NCBI RefSeq assembly: GCF_006345805.1
Contig: NC_043004.1
Location: forward strand, 34,906,001-34,970,000
From: Octopus sinensis
Taxonomy: Eukaryota
Direction: 5' to 3'
Length of the DNA: 64,000 nt
Part shown: piece after piece, positions 11,970 through 23,874 of the stretch
Position numbering within the stretch: position 1 is the first letter of the stretch
Layout of the letters: the number at the start of each line of letters is the position of its first letter
The notes under the pieces: generated by a model
Seen by the model: the letters and a program-made list of their open reading frames with translations, nothing else
What the model was told of the DNA's origin: nothing
Databases searched by the model: none
Translations under genes and position numbers: made by a program

Positions 11970-12160
11970 GAGAAAGAAGCAACAAGAATGGATTAGTTTT
12001 TAGTACAATTGTTTCATACAAAGACAGGCTTTATTAAAAGTTGCAAATATTGCAGCAGATAAAAGTTTTATCTGCTGCAATATTTGCAACTTTTAATAAA
12101 GCCTGTCTTTGTATGGAACAATTGTACTAAAAACTAATCCATTCTTGTTGCTTCTTTCTC
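11970..12160. repeat. 191-bp near-perfect palindrome
   Basis: 95-bp arms around the single G at 12065, with one T/G mismatch. Confidence 0.97.
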
Positions 12161-12279
12161 GTTTATAATCACCCCACATTACTGTATGGTTAACACCATA
12201 TAGTTTTCTGGTGCATCTAAGTTAAGTACCGCATTCAAGTAAATTCATTAGAATTGACTTGAATCTTAATTGCTTTTAT

Positions 12280-12310
<31 letters not shown>

Positions 12311-12334
12311 ATATATATATATATATATATAATG

Positions 12335-12540
12335 TGACTGCGTGTGTACCGTTGGCGATTTTTCTCTCCGTCTTCCCTTCCTTGGATCTTTCCTTTTCCT
12401 ATGTTTCTGACAAAGAGCTCCGCTCAAAACGTTAAATGCTCCATCTTTCTTTCCTTTCCTGAGCGTCCAATTACACTATACTTCTTCTATGTCCCCACGT
12501 TGTTGTGTTTTCTCTTTGTATTTTCACGTTTGGATTAACT
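12335..12540 (+). mobile_element. short PLE-tail-like module containing a decayed minimal hammerhead
   Basis: TGTTT-CTGACAA-A-GAGC-tcc-GCTC-AAAAC-GTT-AAATG at 12402-12438; flanked by (TA)n. Confidence 0.5.
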
Positions 12541-12548
12541 ATATATAA

Positions 12549-12601
<53 letters not shown>

Positions 12602-13003
12602 TTTTTATATTTACTCTTTATCTTATATTCAACTTTTTAATACTTTTTGATAGTTATATTTATAAAAAAAAAATTAAATAATAATAATAATAATAAAAAT
12701 AAAAATAATAATATATATATATATATATAAATTTATAAGTATAAATAAATAATTTAAATAATTTTTTAATTTTAACTTTAAATTTAAATAATTTAAATTT
12801 TGAATTTTATATTTTATATATTTTGTATATTATATTAATTAATTTTATTTCTATGTATTGGTTTATGTTTTTCACTGTTTGATTTGCCTAATAATGGTTT
12901 TATCTCTAATTTAATATATATTTAGTTATACTGTAAAATTAGATTTAATCCTAAATCTAATTTTTCCCTGTAAGTTTGGATTTACTCGCTAATATTATTA
13001 TTA

Positions 13004-13057
<54 letters not shown>

Positions 13058-13649
13058 ATATATATACAGTGTATGGGGACTGCTGGTAGCTCTTACTGAT
13101 GTTTGGTTAACTGATGCTTCTGTCAGTTAGCCAGTGTACAAAAATCTGGCAAACCAATGGGATGGAAGAATCCAATGGAGCTTCGTGAACATGGCCATCT
13201 AGCTGATGACTATTGGTTGACATTATTCTAATTAAACAAAATGGATAGAATCATTTATTTTATTTCAGTTATTTATAATTAGTAGAGTGTGAGAAAATGT
13301 AAATAGCGAGTATGACATTAATGAGAAATGGAGATAAATATGTTTATAAAAATGTGCAAACAACTGTTATTTTTTTTATTGCGTGTTTTATGGGAGATTT
13401 TGTCTGGGTAGGTTTATTTCATAGATTTTTGTGGGTGAATTTGGTGGAGGGAAACTTTCTAGTTTCAACTGAGTTTGAAGTTGCATTGATAAGAAATAGT
13501 TTGCATTTTATCTGCCTCAGATCAACATTTATCATCCAAGGTGTTTTGACATCATCATCATCATTTTTGTAAAAAAAAACAATACCGTTGTCCTCATCAT
13601 TGCCATCATCATTACCACCATCATCACCATCACCACCTGTTTCTCTGTA

Positions 13650-13860
13650 CTTGCATGTGTTTGATGGGTCTTCTCCACTTCATCATCTTGTCATTTGTTA
13701 CAGCCCCTACCAAGCCACTTCATGAAGGTCATCATTCAGACATCATCCTTCACCACAACATCCCAATGTCTTCTTCTTCCACTGCTACATTCTACCTGAA
13801 TCACTGCCATTTTATTGCCCAACTCTTGTACTTCATACACACGTCCATAGCAAACCAGTT
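13650..13860 (-). mobile_element. highly degenerate RTE ORF2 C-terminal fragment
   Basis: Minus translation LVCYGRV...SSGRRRHWDVVVKDDV aligns by eye with LRWYGHV...GRGRPRKTWDEVVKHDL. Confidence 0.4.
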
Positions 13861-14266
13861 TCCTACACAATATAATGGATTCTTCTTAATGTTTTTCTCC
13901 AACCAAATTTAATCTATGCTTTGTTATTAGATGCACTAATATTATACATATATAGTGAGAGAGAGAGAGGGAGGGAGGGAGAGAGAGCGTGCTCAGTGAA
14001 TTTCTTCAGTGTCATCTCACATGCTCTCATAAAACCTATTTGTTATCGCCATGCAATATCACACTTTGATTCGGGTGGAGGATATATCAACATATATCAT
14101 CTTATCACTGACAAGTTAAACCTGTCTTGATCCTTGGTAATCATGTTTACAACTAGACATTACATTCAGTGTGAATGCTAGATACTAAATACATATATGG
14201 ACACATAAGCACACACAAGTATATATATATATATATATATACACACACAAACATACATATATAAAC

Positions 14267-14320
<54 letters not shown>

Positions 14321-14370
14321 ATATATACACATACATACATACATACATACACATATACATATTTATATAA

Positions 14371-14526
14371 GCACAGGAGTGGCTGTGTGGTAAAAAGCTT
14401 ACTTCACAACTACCTGGTTCTGTGTTCAATCCCACTGCATGGCACCTTGACCAAGTGTTTTTTACTGTAGACTTGGTCTGACCAAAGCCTTATGAGTGGA
14501 TTTGGTAGATGGAAACTGAAAGAAAC

Positions 14527-14599
<73 letters not shown>

Positions 14600-14800
14600 C
14601 TTTGTTTGTCTTCCCACCATCGCTTGACAACCGATGTTGGTGTGTTTATGTCCATGTAACTTAGTGATTCAGTGGAAGAGACCAGTAGGATAAGTACAAG
14701 GCTTACAAAGAATAAGTTCAGAGATCAATTTCCTCAACTAAAAGGTGGTGCTCCAGCATGGCCCCAGTCAAAATGGCTGAAACAAGAAAAAGAATAAAAT
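14371..14800 (+). mobile_element. full-length tRNA-derived SINE (dominant family)
   Basis: Same head, body and tail as 8262-8666, with a long internal (TA)n. Confidence 0.9.
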
Positions 14801-14889
14801 AATATATACATATATATATATATATATTTATACAACTCCCTCCTCCTAGCTGAAAGGATAGTCTTTGTCTTGTAAGTTAATTGGTAACC

Positions 14890-15112
14890 CTGTTGATACT
14901 GGTGCCACATAAAAAGGCCTTGGTGCTGGTGCCACAATAAAAGCACCCAATACACTCTATAAAGTGGTTGGCATTAGGAAGGACACCCAACCATGGAAAC
15001 AATGGCAAAACTGATAACTGCAGCCTGTTGTGGCTCCTGGCCCTACCAGTTTACAGTCAAGCCATCCAACCCATGACAGCATGGAAAACAGGCATTTGAT
15101 GATGACGACGAT
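14890..15112 (+). mobile_element. RTE 3'UTR fragment with (GAT)n-like tail
   Basis: Contains gtggttggcattaggaagg...catccaacccatg..gcatggaaaac, shared with many copies in the window. Confidence 0.75.
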
Positions 15113-15340
15113 GGTTGCGTATGTATGTATGTATGTGTGAGTAGCTAAATTAGAGAAAATGGATTGAGAGACATTCCTTATTTCATTTCATTACAATTGT
15201 TTCCCCACATCAGCCCTGTGGTACATTGGTGGAGATGATATACCAAAGTGTAAAATATCCTTCAGGTGATTATATAGCAAAACATGCTTCTCTCAAGAGG
15301 TACAGCAATATCAAAGGAAGGTTAACTGGGAAGATAATTT

Positions 15341-16371
15341 TTGTGTGTCAGATGCACAGGGGCAATAAACACCGAAGATGTACAGGAAACAGATTCCATC
15401 ACATGCCTGGTGGAGAAACTAGAAGTAGTTGTTAACTTTTGCTGCCTAGGTGATCAATTCTTCAGTGGGGGTGGATGCTCTGAGGGTATAGCCGCTAGAA
15501 CAAGAATAGCCTGGGCAAAGTTTAGCAAGCTCCTACCTCTGCTAGTAATAAAGGTCCTCTCGCTCAGAGTGAAAAGTAGACTGAATGGTGCATGTGTGTG
15601 AACAGCCATGCTAAGCAGCAGTGAAACATGGGTCATGACTGCTGAGGACATGCGTCGGCTTGAAAGAAATGAATCTAGTATGATCCACTGGATGTTTAAT
15701 GTTAGGTTTGTATACATGACAGAGTGTAAGAGCCCTGAGAGAAAAGTTGAACATAAGAATCATCAAATGTAATGTGCATATGACCATACACTGGTATGGT
15801 CATATGCTGCATATGGATGAGGACAGCTGTGTGAAGTTGTGTCACACCCTAATAGTGGAAGGAACCTGTGTAAGAAGTAGACCCAGGAAAACATAGGATG
15901 AGGTGGTGAAGCATTACCTTTGAACATTGGACCTCACAGAGGCAATGACAAGAGACCGAGACCTTTGGAGATATGTGCTTGAGAAGATCCGGCAAGTAAA
16001 TTGAGATTGCAACTGTGGCAGATGTCAGTGTCGCATAACAAGCCCATTTCAAAGTACCCTTGAATCGTGGGGCAATATGCTGTGCTTGAAAAAGCCTGTT
16101 GCATCAAGTGAAATTGTAGTCGTGACCAATGTCAGTGCCCTCTGACTGGCTCCCATGCCAGTGGCCTGTAAAAAACCTCATTCAAATGTGGCCGATGCCA
16201 ATGCCTGACTGGCTCCCATGCATCCAGCTGTAGAAACCTAACCAGATCAGATTGGAGGCTGGTGCAGCCTACTGGCTTGCCAGTCAAACTGTCCAACCCA
16301 AGCCAGCATGGAAAGCGGACATTAAACAATGATGATAATGATGGCGATGATGTTGATGATGATGATGATGA
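15341..16371 (+). mobile_element. 5'-truncated RTE LINE (ORF2 C-terminus, 3'UTR, (GAT)n tail), degenerate
   Basis: Frames give LEVVVNFCCLGDQ..GGGCSE..ARTRIAWAKF..LLPLL, SETWVMTAEDMRRLERNE, HWYGHMLHMDEDSCV and RDLWRY, followed by the 3'UTR and tail. Confidence 0.9.
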
Positions 16372-17956
16372 TTTGTTTCCTTCTTTTTGGATTTTTCATC
16401 TTTCCTCCTTCAGACAAAGAGCCATGCTTGAAATGCCACACACATGCCTTTCCTATTCCCACCTTAAACTTTCTTTGAGCCTCCTCAGTCTTGTATAATC
16501 ACTGAGTACATCCTTTTGACCTTTGTTGCTTTTCTTGTTTCTGTTTTTGATTTGTTTATACACACACATTTATATACATATTTCTTGGAGGACAGAAAGA
16601 GAGAGTAAAAACTGTGGTACCACATTAAACAGTGGGTTGGAGTAGTGATACAAAGGTGCCAGGTGACATGGCAACGTGTGCTGGTTTCAAGCAGTTGTTC
16701 TGTGATCCCCAAACAAACCAAACCAAATGTTTTTGTATAAACAAAAACAAAACATGCAACCAGACATAATACCTGAGTGATAAACTATAAAGATACCTTA
16801 AGCTTATAAACTAAAACATGCGTATGTATATATTTATGTGTGCCTAAGTGCCTGTGTACATTATTAGCTGATTCTAAACAGTTCAGCTCATCTAACCGTT
16901 CTGATTTTCGGATAATGTTACTGGACTCCTGTCCATTGACAAATCTCTCTTTCATCCAGTAGAGTCTGTGACACTAAAGTTATGCATTGACCCTTTAAGT
17001 GTTCTTGAGGCATTAATATTTTACATTATACATGCCTGTGTGTATATCTATTCATAGAAAAACCTGGTGAAGATCTGGGAGTTTTTGCATGCGCATGGTT
17101 ATACGTGTGTGTGTGTGTGTATAAATAATTTCTTACATGAATTTGAAGCCTAAGGGGCCACATGCATTAAGGAATAAGATAGGGAAAGTGGACAGTTACA
17201 ATCTTCCATTTGAAATATTTCTAACTGTGAATCTCTAAACCATCAGGATCAGGCTTTCACTAAAACCTTGTGTTAATGCAGATGGTATGATTGGGTAGGA
17301 GAGGAATAACAATTCTAGAGATAAGTTTTCAACTGAAATCATTTTATATATCAGCAGCTCTTTCAACAGATTTGGTGTCAGTACCTCTGAAATGAAACTG
17401 GGTGTTAGCAAAAGAAAATTACTTCAACTGAAACGCCTGAGGCAAAGTGGATCAGTCACGAATCACAGTTATATATGAAACCTGCAATTATTTTCAGCTG
17501 TATTCTTTCATCACAGGAAACAAAATTTCAATACTTGTGTCATACCAACCACTAACAATTCAATTCCATTGATAATATAAAAAGTACACAATTCACTCAC
17601 TTTAAGTCAAGGTCATTCTCCAGAGTCTATATTCTTCAACTCGTCATTCAGTTTCTTGAATTCAAAAGCGAATTAAGCAGAAGCATGTGGAATTGATAAG
17701 AATGGTTTCTCACAAAGCTCATTGTATTTAGAATACATTCTGATTTTTAGGTCAACTTCAACATTTCTTGTTAGGTTATTCCATTACAGACTGTCTTATA
17801 AATGATCATCTCTCTCTCTCCTTCTCTCACTTCTTCTCTTTACCTTTCTTTCTGCTTGTCAATTAGATCAACTGATTCTCACAGAACTTCTGTTCACATC
17901 CTTGCAAATTACTCTACACAGCATTCATCCTTTTCCAGCAGTTCCTCTCAGGCTTC

Positions 17957-18088
17957 AAACAAAAAGACACACACACACACACACACACACTCACATTTGT
18001 AAAATCTTTTAAATCCTGTGATTAGGATGAGACAACTTAGTCTCATAAAGCCTTATCAAAATACAAATTTGTTTTGAATAAGAACTTT
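17957..18088 (+). repeat. direct duplication, copy 1 (copy 2 at 19522-19727)
   Basis: About 102 bp (17987-18088) is identical to 19625-19727; aaacaaaaagacacacac precedes both. Confidence 0.95.
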
Positions 18089-19521
18089 TTATTTCATTGA
18101 GAGAGATATTATATAATTGAATACTTTTCCTGTTACACACCATCACCTGTTTCCAAGAAATATAATATTTCCCCATGAACAAATATATCTACATAGAAGA
18201 CCAGAAATGAACGACCCACTTGGATGGGGGTGACACTTGTTTACAACTGCCATTCAATTTCAAGTCAAGCCGACACTAACACACATGCACACACACATAT
18301 ACATATAAATGTGTGTGTGATTCTATCTACCAAATTGTCTCACAAAACTTTTGTCAGCCTAGAGCTATAGTAAAAGACACAAGACACCACACAGAGGGAT
18401 GGAACCTAGAAACACATGGTTGAGAAGCAAACTTCTTAACTATTCAGTCATGCCAGGCCCTCAACGTGGAATAATATTAGTTTCAAATTTTGGCACAAGG
18501 CTAGAAGGTTGGGAGATAGGGAAAGTTGATTACATCAACCCCAGTACACAACTGGTACTTAGTTTATCAACCCTGAAAGGACAAAAGGCAAAGTCAACTT
18601 CAGTGGAATTTGAACTCAGAACACAGAGACAGACGAAATGTCACTAAGCGTTTTGGCCACTTTATACCATGGAATAATATCAAAAGAGACACCATATCCA
18701 TTATAAATATTGGGTGTTAAAGGGCTAAAAATGGTAGCCCTTAGTAAACACCATGAATTAATTTGGCCATGGCTAAATTTTCCATTTGTCTAACATTAAG
18801 AAAAAGTAAACATGTTTTGCCTTATAAGACCTTAAACTCTCCAAGGAGCCATCTGGTCTCCTTTGGTACCAGGATACTTCACAGGATTATGGATTATAAC
18901 TGATTAGACAGCGACTCTACTCAGAGACTGGGATGTGTTCTGTTCATTTGTCTGATTCAGGAATGCCAACTTAAACGGTTTGGCGTTGTTGCTTGATTTT
19001 CTTATTTAGGTCTTGCACACTATGTTCTCCTCACTGAAGATTCACCTGGTTGCCAGCTCATACTGGTTGACCACGTACCATATGGTTGCAGCAGATGAGG
19101 TGGTATTTTGTGGAGATGGGGAATAAATAGGACTCTACTTGACATGTCGCCCAAAAGGACTCGTGAACATGGCAGTAAATGGTGAATGTAGCAAAGTGCT
19201 ACAATGACACATGCCCCCACATCTGACCTGGCCTCTCAGAATACCTCCTCATTATTCAATTAACAGATGAACTAATCCAGGTAGGATTAGTTCACAATTT
19301 GAACTGATGTCCTTCAAGCTAGATGTTTAGTATTTTATTGACTTGGCAGTTGCGAGACGAATATTTTAAGCATGCAACATGAGCTGATATGATTGGCACA
19401 GAGAGTAAGGAAATACAACAAGATCTTGGGACCTTTGAATGTTTTCTGAAGTTAAACATTCAGATTTATTTAATGTAGGGAACCAGGGAGGAGAAGACTG
19501 TGCAATGAGAGAGAGAGAGAG

Positions 19522-19554
19522 AAACAAAAAGACACACACACACATACACATACA

Positions 19555-19612
<58 letters not shown>

Positions 19613-19727
19613 TTTTCTTTCTTTCACACTCACATTTGTAAAATCTTTTAAATCCTGTGATTAGGATGAGACAACTTAGTCTCATAAAGCCTTATCAAAA
19701 TACAAATTTGTTTTGAATAAGAACTTT
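19522..19727 (+). repeat. direct duplication, copy 2 (with (TC)n insertion)
   Basis: Identical block as at 17987-18088. Confidence 0.95.
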
Positions 19728-19916
19728 GTGTGTATTTGTGTGTGTGTGACCTACGTTGGACTCCTCATTCGCATAATCACCGAACCTGGAGCTTAACTAT
19801 AGTCTGTCCATAGCACTTACTCAGCATTATCTGACCCCTTTGGGTCTTCTTGACACCATTACCTCTCACAACCTGCATATATTATATATCTATATATAAT
19901 AATAATACTAACAACA

Positions 19917-20110
19917 ACAATAATTCCAGGATGGAATTTATAAATATTTAATAAATCGCTATGCATGTTTCCACAATCACATGTCTTAACAGCAGAGCCG
20001 ATATCCGTGCGATATCCCAAGGATATTGGCTCTGATGTTAAGCCATGTGATTGTGGAAACACACATAGCGATGTATTAAATATTTATAAATTCCATCCTG
20101 GAATTATTGT
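19917..20110. repeat. long palindrome (90-bp arms, 14-nt loop)
   Basis: Arms at 19917-20006 and 20021-20110 with about 6 mismatches. It gives mirror ORFs MFPQSH.. on both strands. Confidence 0.95.
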
Positions 20111-20265
20111 TATTATTATATTTATCCTACATTATATTGGTATAACCATGATGCAACCCCAAAACATTAACTCCCTAGTTAGTATCATTAGACAGTAGCC
20201 AGTATGATAAAACGGGAGCTTTATTTGCATAACCTTAACATTAACATAAACAAAATTAAAAGATA

Positions 20266-21140
20266 TAAATGGTCTGACCAATAAGTATCTGAACTGTTGC
20301 CATAGTAACGGAGCTAGAGCTCACAGAGTGAAGCTGGTTGGCAAAGATTGAACTTGAACACTGCTGTGCATATGCACTAAGTTTTAATGTTCCACCACAC
20401 TTCTGCTGTTTACACCAGTGCTTTGAAGGAAGGTGTGTAAAGTGTGGTCATTGCATTGACCTTGACAGAGAATCTGCATCAAAGTTTGCTGATACCTGCT
20501 CAGAAGCCTACTCAAAGTTTTCAAAAAGTTTTCATTGTTCTCGACTGAATCAAGACGATCTTGTGCAAATGAAACCCGAGTGTCTTTTTGCTCAGCTGAA
20601 AGCAGTTTTGGCACAAACTTGGGAGATACACATCTCATACACAAATCTTCAGTGATAATGGACTGAACTGAAGCGTAACTAATCTGCACATCCTCTGATA
20701 ACCCACGGATGCTGATTCGATGATTTCCTCTCACAGCTGCACGAACATCTGCGATGTTTTTCTCAGTTCTGCTGGTTGTGGGTCTCCCAGAATGTTCATC
20801 AATATTGACATTTTTACATCCATCATCAAAACGTCTAAGCCACTCATACACTTGTGTGCAGCTCATGACTCCTTTCCATACACTTTTCCACAACTTTTGC
20901 ACGGGCCTTTGAGCAGGTATTACCATGACAACTATCTCTGTCACGGTCAATGTGATGATCACATGCTACACATTTTCCTTCCAAGCATTGCTGTAAACAG
21001 CAGAATTGAGCTAGAATGTTAAAACTTAATGAGTAAGCACAGCAGAGTTTAAGGTCAATCTTTATCTAGCAGCTTCACTCTGCATGCTTTAGCTTCGTTA
21101 CTATGGTAACAGTCCAGATACTTATTGATCAGACCTTGTA
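20266..21140 (-). mobile_element. non-autonomous mariner derivative built from two inverted 5' halves
   Basis: TA-flanked inverted termini GGTCTGA(C/T)CAATAAGTATCTG... Minus ORF has QVYEWLRRF..G...DEHSGRPTTSRT...KFVPKLLS, the mariner N-terminal HTH region; the catalytic domain is absent. Confidence 0.88.
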
Positions 21141-21149
21141 TATGTATAT

Positions 21150-21871
21150 GTAAAAAGCACCATCTAAACTCCGAGAGTGTAATGGGTGCTTCTACATGCC
21201 AACAGCATGAGTGCCATTTGAGTGACACCAGTATCTGCCATGGCTGCGATTTTACTTGCTTTGATGGGTCTTCTTCCTGAGCACGACATAATGCTAAAGG
21301 TCAGTCATTGCTTCCTTGATGTCCAACACCTGAAAGGAGCCTTTCACATGCCACTGGAATCAGCCACTTTGCCTTCTTGAGGCCCAATGCTTAAAAGGTG
21401 CTTTTTACATGCTACCAACACAGGTGCCAGTTATGTGACACCAGCATCAGCCACAACTTCGATTTCACTTGGTTTGATGGGTCTTCTCAAGCATGGCATA
21501 TCGCCAAAGGTCTTGGTCACTAGTTCTGGTAGTGATTCAGCTATAAGAACAAGGTCATCAGCATAGAGAAGCTCCCAGGGAAAGCCTGTCTTAAATACCT
21601 CTGTTATTGCCTGGAGGACTATAATGAACACAAGGGGACTGAGGACTGATCCTTGGTGAGCTCCTACGTGTACCCTGAATTCTTCACTTTACTCATTGCC
21701 AACCCTCACCTTATTTGTAGCATCTCTGTACATGGTTTACAGTTCTCACCAACCACTTGTCTATCTCTAGTTTTTGCATTGACCACCAGATAAGGGATTG
21801 GAGAACTCTGTCAAAGGCTTTCTCCAAGTCAACAAAAGCCAAGTACAGAGGATTATCTTTGGCTAGATCTT
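21150..21871 (-). mobile_element. RTE LINE fragment: RT core fused to ORF2 end and 3'UTR subrepeats
   Basis: Minus translation LYLAFVDLEKAFDRV...HQGSVLSPLVFIIV...WELLYADDLVLIAES, then DQDLWRYAMLEKTHQTK-stop. Confidence 0.9.
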
Positions 21872-22019
21872 GCCCTAATTGGTTGGGCTATGACCCTCTC
21901 CATAAATTTCATCACCTGATCCAACTATTTGACACCTCTGTAATCATTTCTATCTAAGGCATTACTTTTATATACACATAAAATATGTATTGATATATTT
22001 TATGATTGTACCTAGGCAC

Positions 22020-22027
22020 TTATATAC

Positions 22028-22065
<38 letters not shown>

Positions 22066-22109
22066 TATATATATATAATAATATATGTGTGTGTATATAT
22101 ATATTATAT

Positions 22110-22143
<34 letters not shown>

Positions 22144-22215
22144 GTATATGTATGCATGTGTATATATATATATTCAAATATACACACATATATGTATGAA
22201 TATATATATGTATAT
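22020..22215. repeat. (TA)n/(TATG)n microsatellite
   Basis: Direct reading. Confidence 0.95.
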
Positions 22216-23329
22216 ATATTTTCCTATATAATAGTGTACCAACAATTTAAGTATTTATACACGAAAGAGGTGACGTTTGACAAGACACCTTACATACTAG
22301 AAAGGGCAGTCAAAGCCCAAACCACAAATAAAAGCAATTTCAAAGGGAATGAAAATAAAAAATATTTTTCTAGTTAACCCCAAACTTGTAGTTCTAGTTA
22401 ACCCCATCAGTGAGGTTGCTAAAATTAATGCATTTTTATGTGGCTAATATGTACTGAAAATACATGTGCTGCATACTTATAAATTGCATTTTCAAAACCA
22501 TTGTGCAAACTCAGTTACATTTGGCAGCAAATAATAATAAAATTAAAACTGTGAAACAGAAAGGCTTTGAAATTCCGAAAATTTTACTGTCAAAATAATA
22601 AGAGTCGGAATTCTTTTTAAACTTTCATACAGGTAGCTAGCATGCGTAGTAAAGTGAATAGAAATATTTTAAAATATGTTGTCTTTTGACTTTATTACAC
22701 ATACTAGCCACTCTCCACTCTCTTGCTTCATAACCAGCAAGCGGCTCTTTCTGTTGCATCTCCCAACCTGAGCACAACCATCCTTCACTCTTTTCCTCTC
22801 ATTTCAATGGCTGTAAGCATTCTTCATATTGACCTAGCAAGGAATCCCCTATGGCCAAATAGCATGTGTGTGTAACTGTCCCTTTTGGCTTGGCTTCATG
22901 TGATCACTGTAAATGAATGTGTCCTTTATTCCATGAAAACATGTCTGGTTGTAGAGAAATATTACCTTACTTAGAAACAGGTGAAGACTGGCAACAAGAA
23001 GGTAATCCAGCTGAAGAAAAATCTGCTTCCACAAATTACATCTGACCCATACAATCATGGGAAGTGAGTGTCAAAACAATGATGATGCTGGTATACAGAG
23101 GAGAGGCTTCATTCAATTTCTGTCCACTAAATCCACCTGCAATACTTTGGTTGGTCAGGGACTACAATAGAAGAGACTTGACCAAGGAGGCACACAGTGG
23201 GACTGAACCCAAAACCATATGGTTGGGAAGCAAATTTCACTTGACCACACACAAATACAGTCACACACACATCCATTCACACACATGCACACATATACAT
23301 ATATAAATACACACATATATAATTTATAT

Positions 23330-23338
23330 TTATTATTA

Positions 23339-23387
<49 letters not shown>

Positions 23388-23450
23388 TTATTATTATTAT
23401 TTATTCTTCTTATTATTTTTATTTCTTCTTCTTCTGCTTCTTCTTCTTCT

Positions 23451-23481
<31 letters not shown>

Positions 23482-23530
23482 TTATTATTATTGTTGTTAT
23501 TATTATTATTATTATATATATTTATTATTA

Positions 23531-23593
<63 letters not shown>

Positions 23594-23631
23594 TATTCTT
23601 CTTATTATTTTTATTTCTTCTTCTTCTGCTT

Positions 23632-23662
<31 letters not shown>

Positions 23663-23674
23663 TTATTATTATTG

Positions 23675-23735
<61 letters not shown>
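23330..23735. repeat. compound (TTA)n/(TTC)n microsatellite, tandemly duplicated (about 190-bp period)
   Basis: The marker ttattcttcttattatttttatttcttcttcttctgcttc occurs at about 23401 and 23591. Confidence 0.9.
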
Positions 23736-23737
<2 letters not shown>

Positions 23738-23874
23738 GAATACCTGCAGGGAAAATTAATTGAAAAGACATTTCTTATAACAATGTTGATGATGGACCTA
23801 ACGATTAATGTGAAACTATGTACACCAGTTTCTTGTGTTGGTGAGAATCACTAAATTTATAGAAGAGGAACCAT

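Noticed and set aside
17370-17478. Good acceptor followed by FGVSTSEMKLGVSKRKLLQLKRLRQSGSVTNHSYI-stop
   Set aside because: It could be a terminal exon, but there is no upstream exon or homology; within chance expectation.
19268-19294. 11-bp perfect hairpin TGAACTAATCC/GGATTAGTTCA
   Set aside because: Real but short and isolated, with no supporting context for function.
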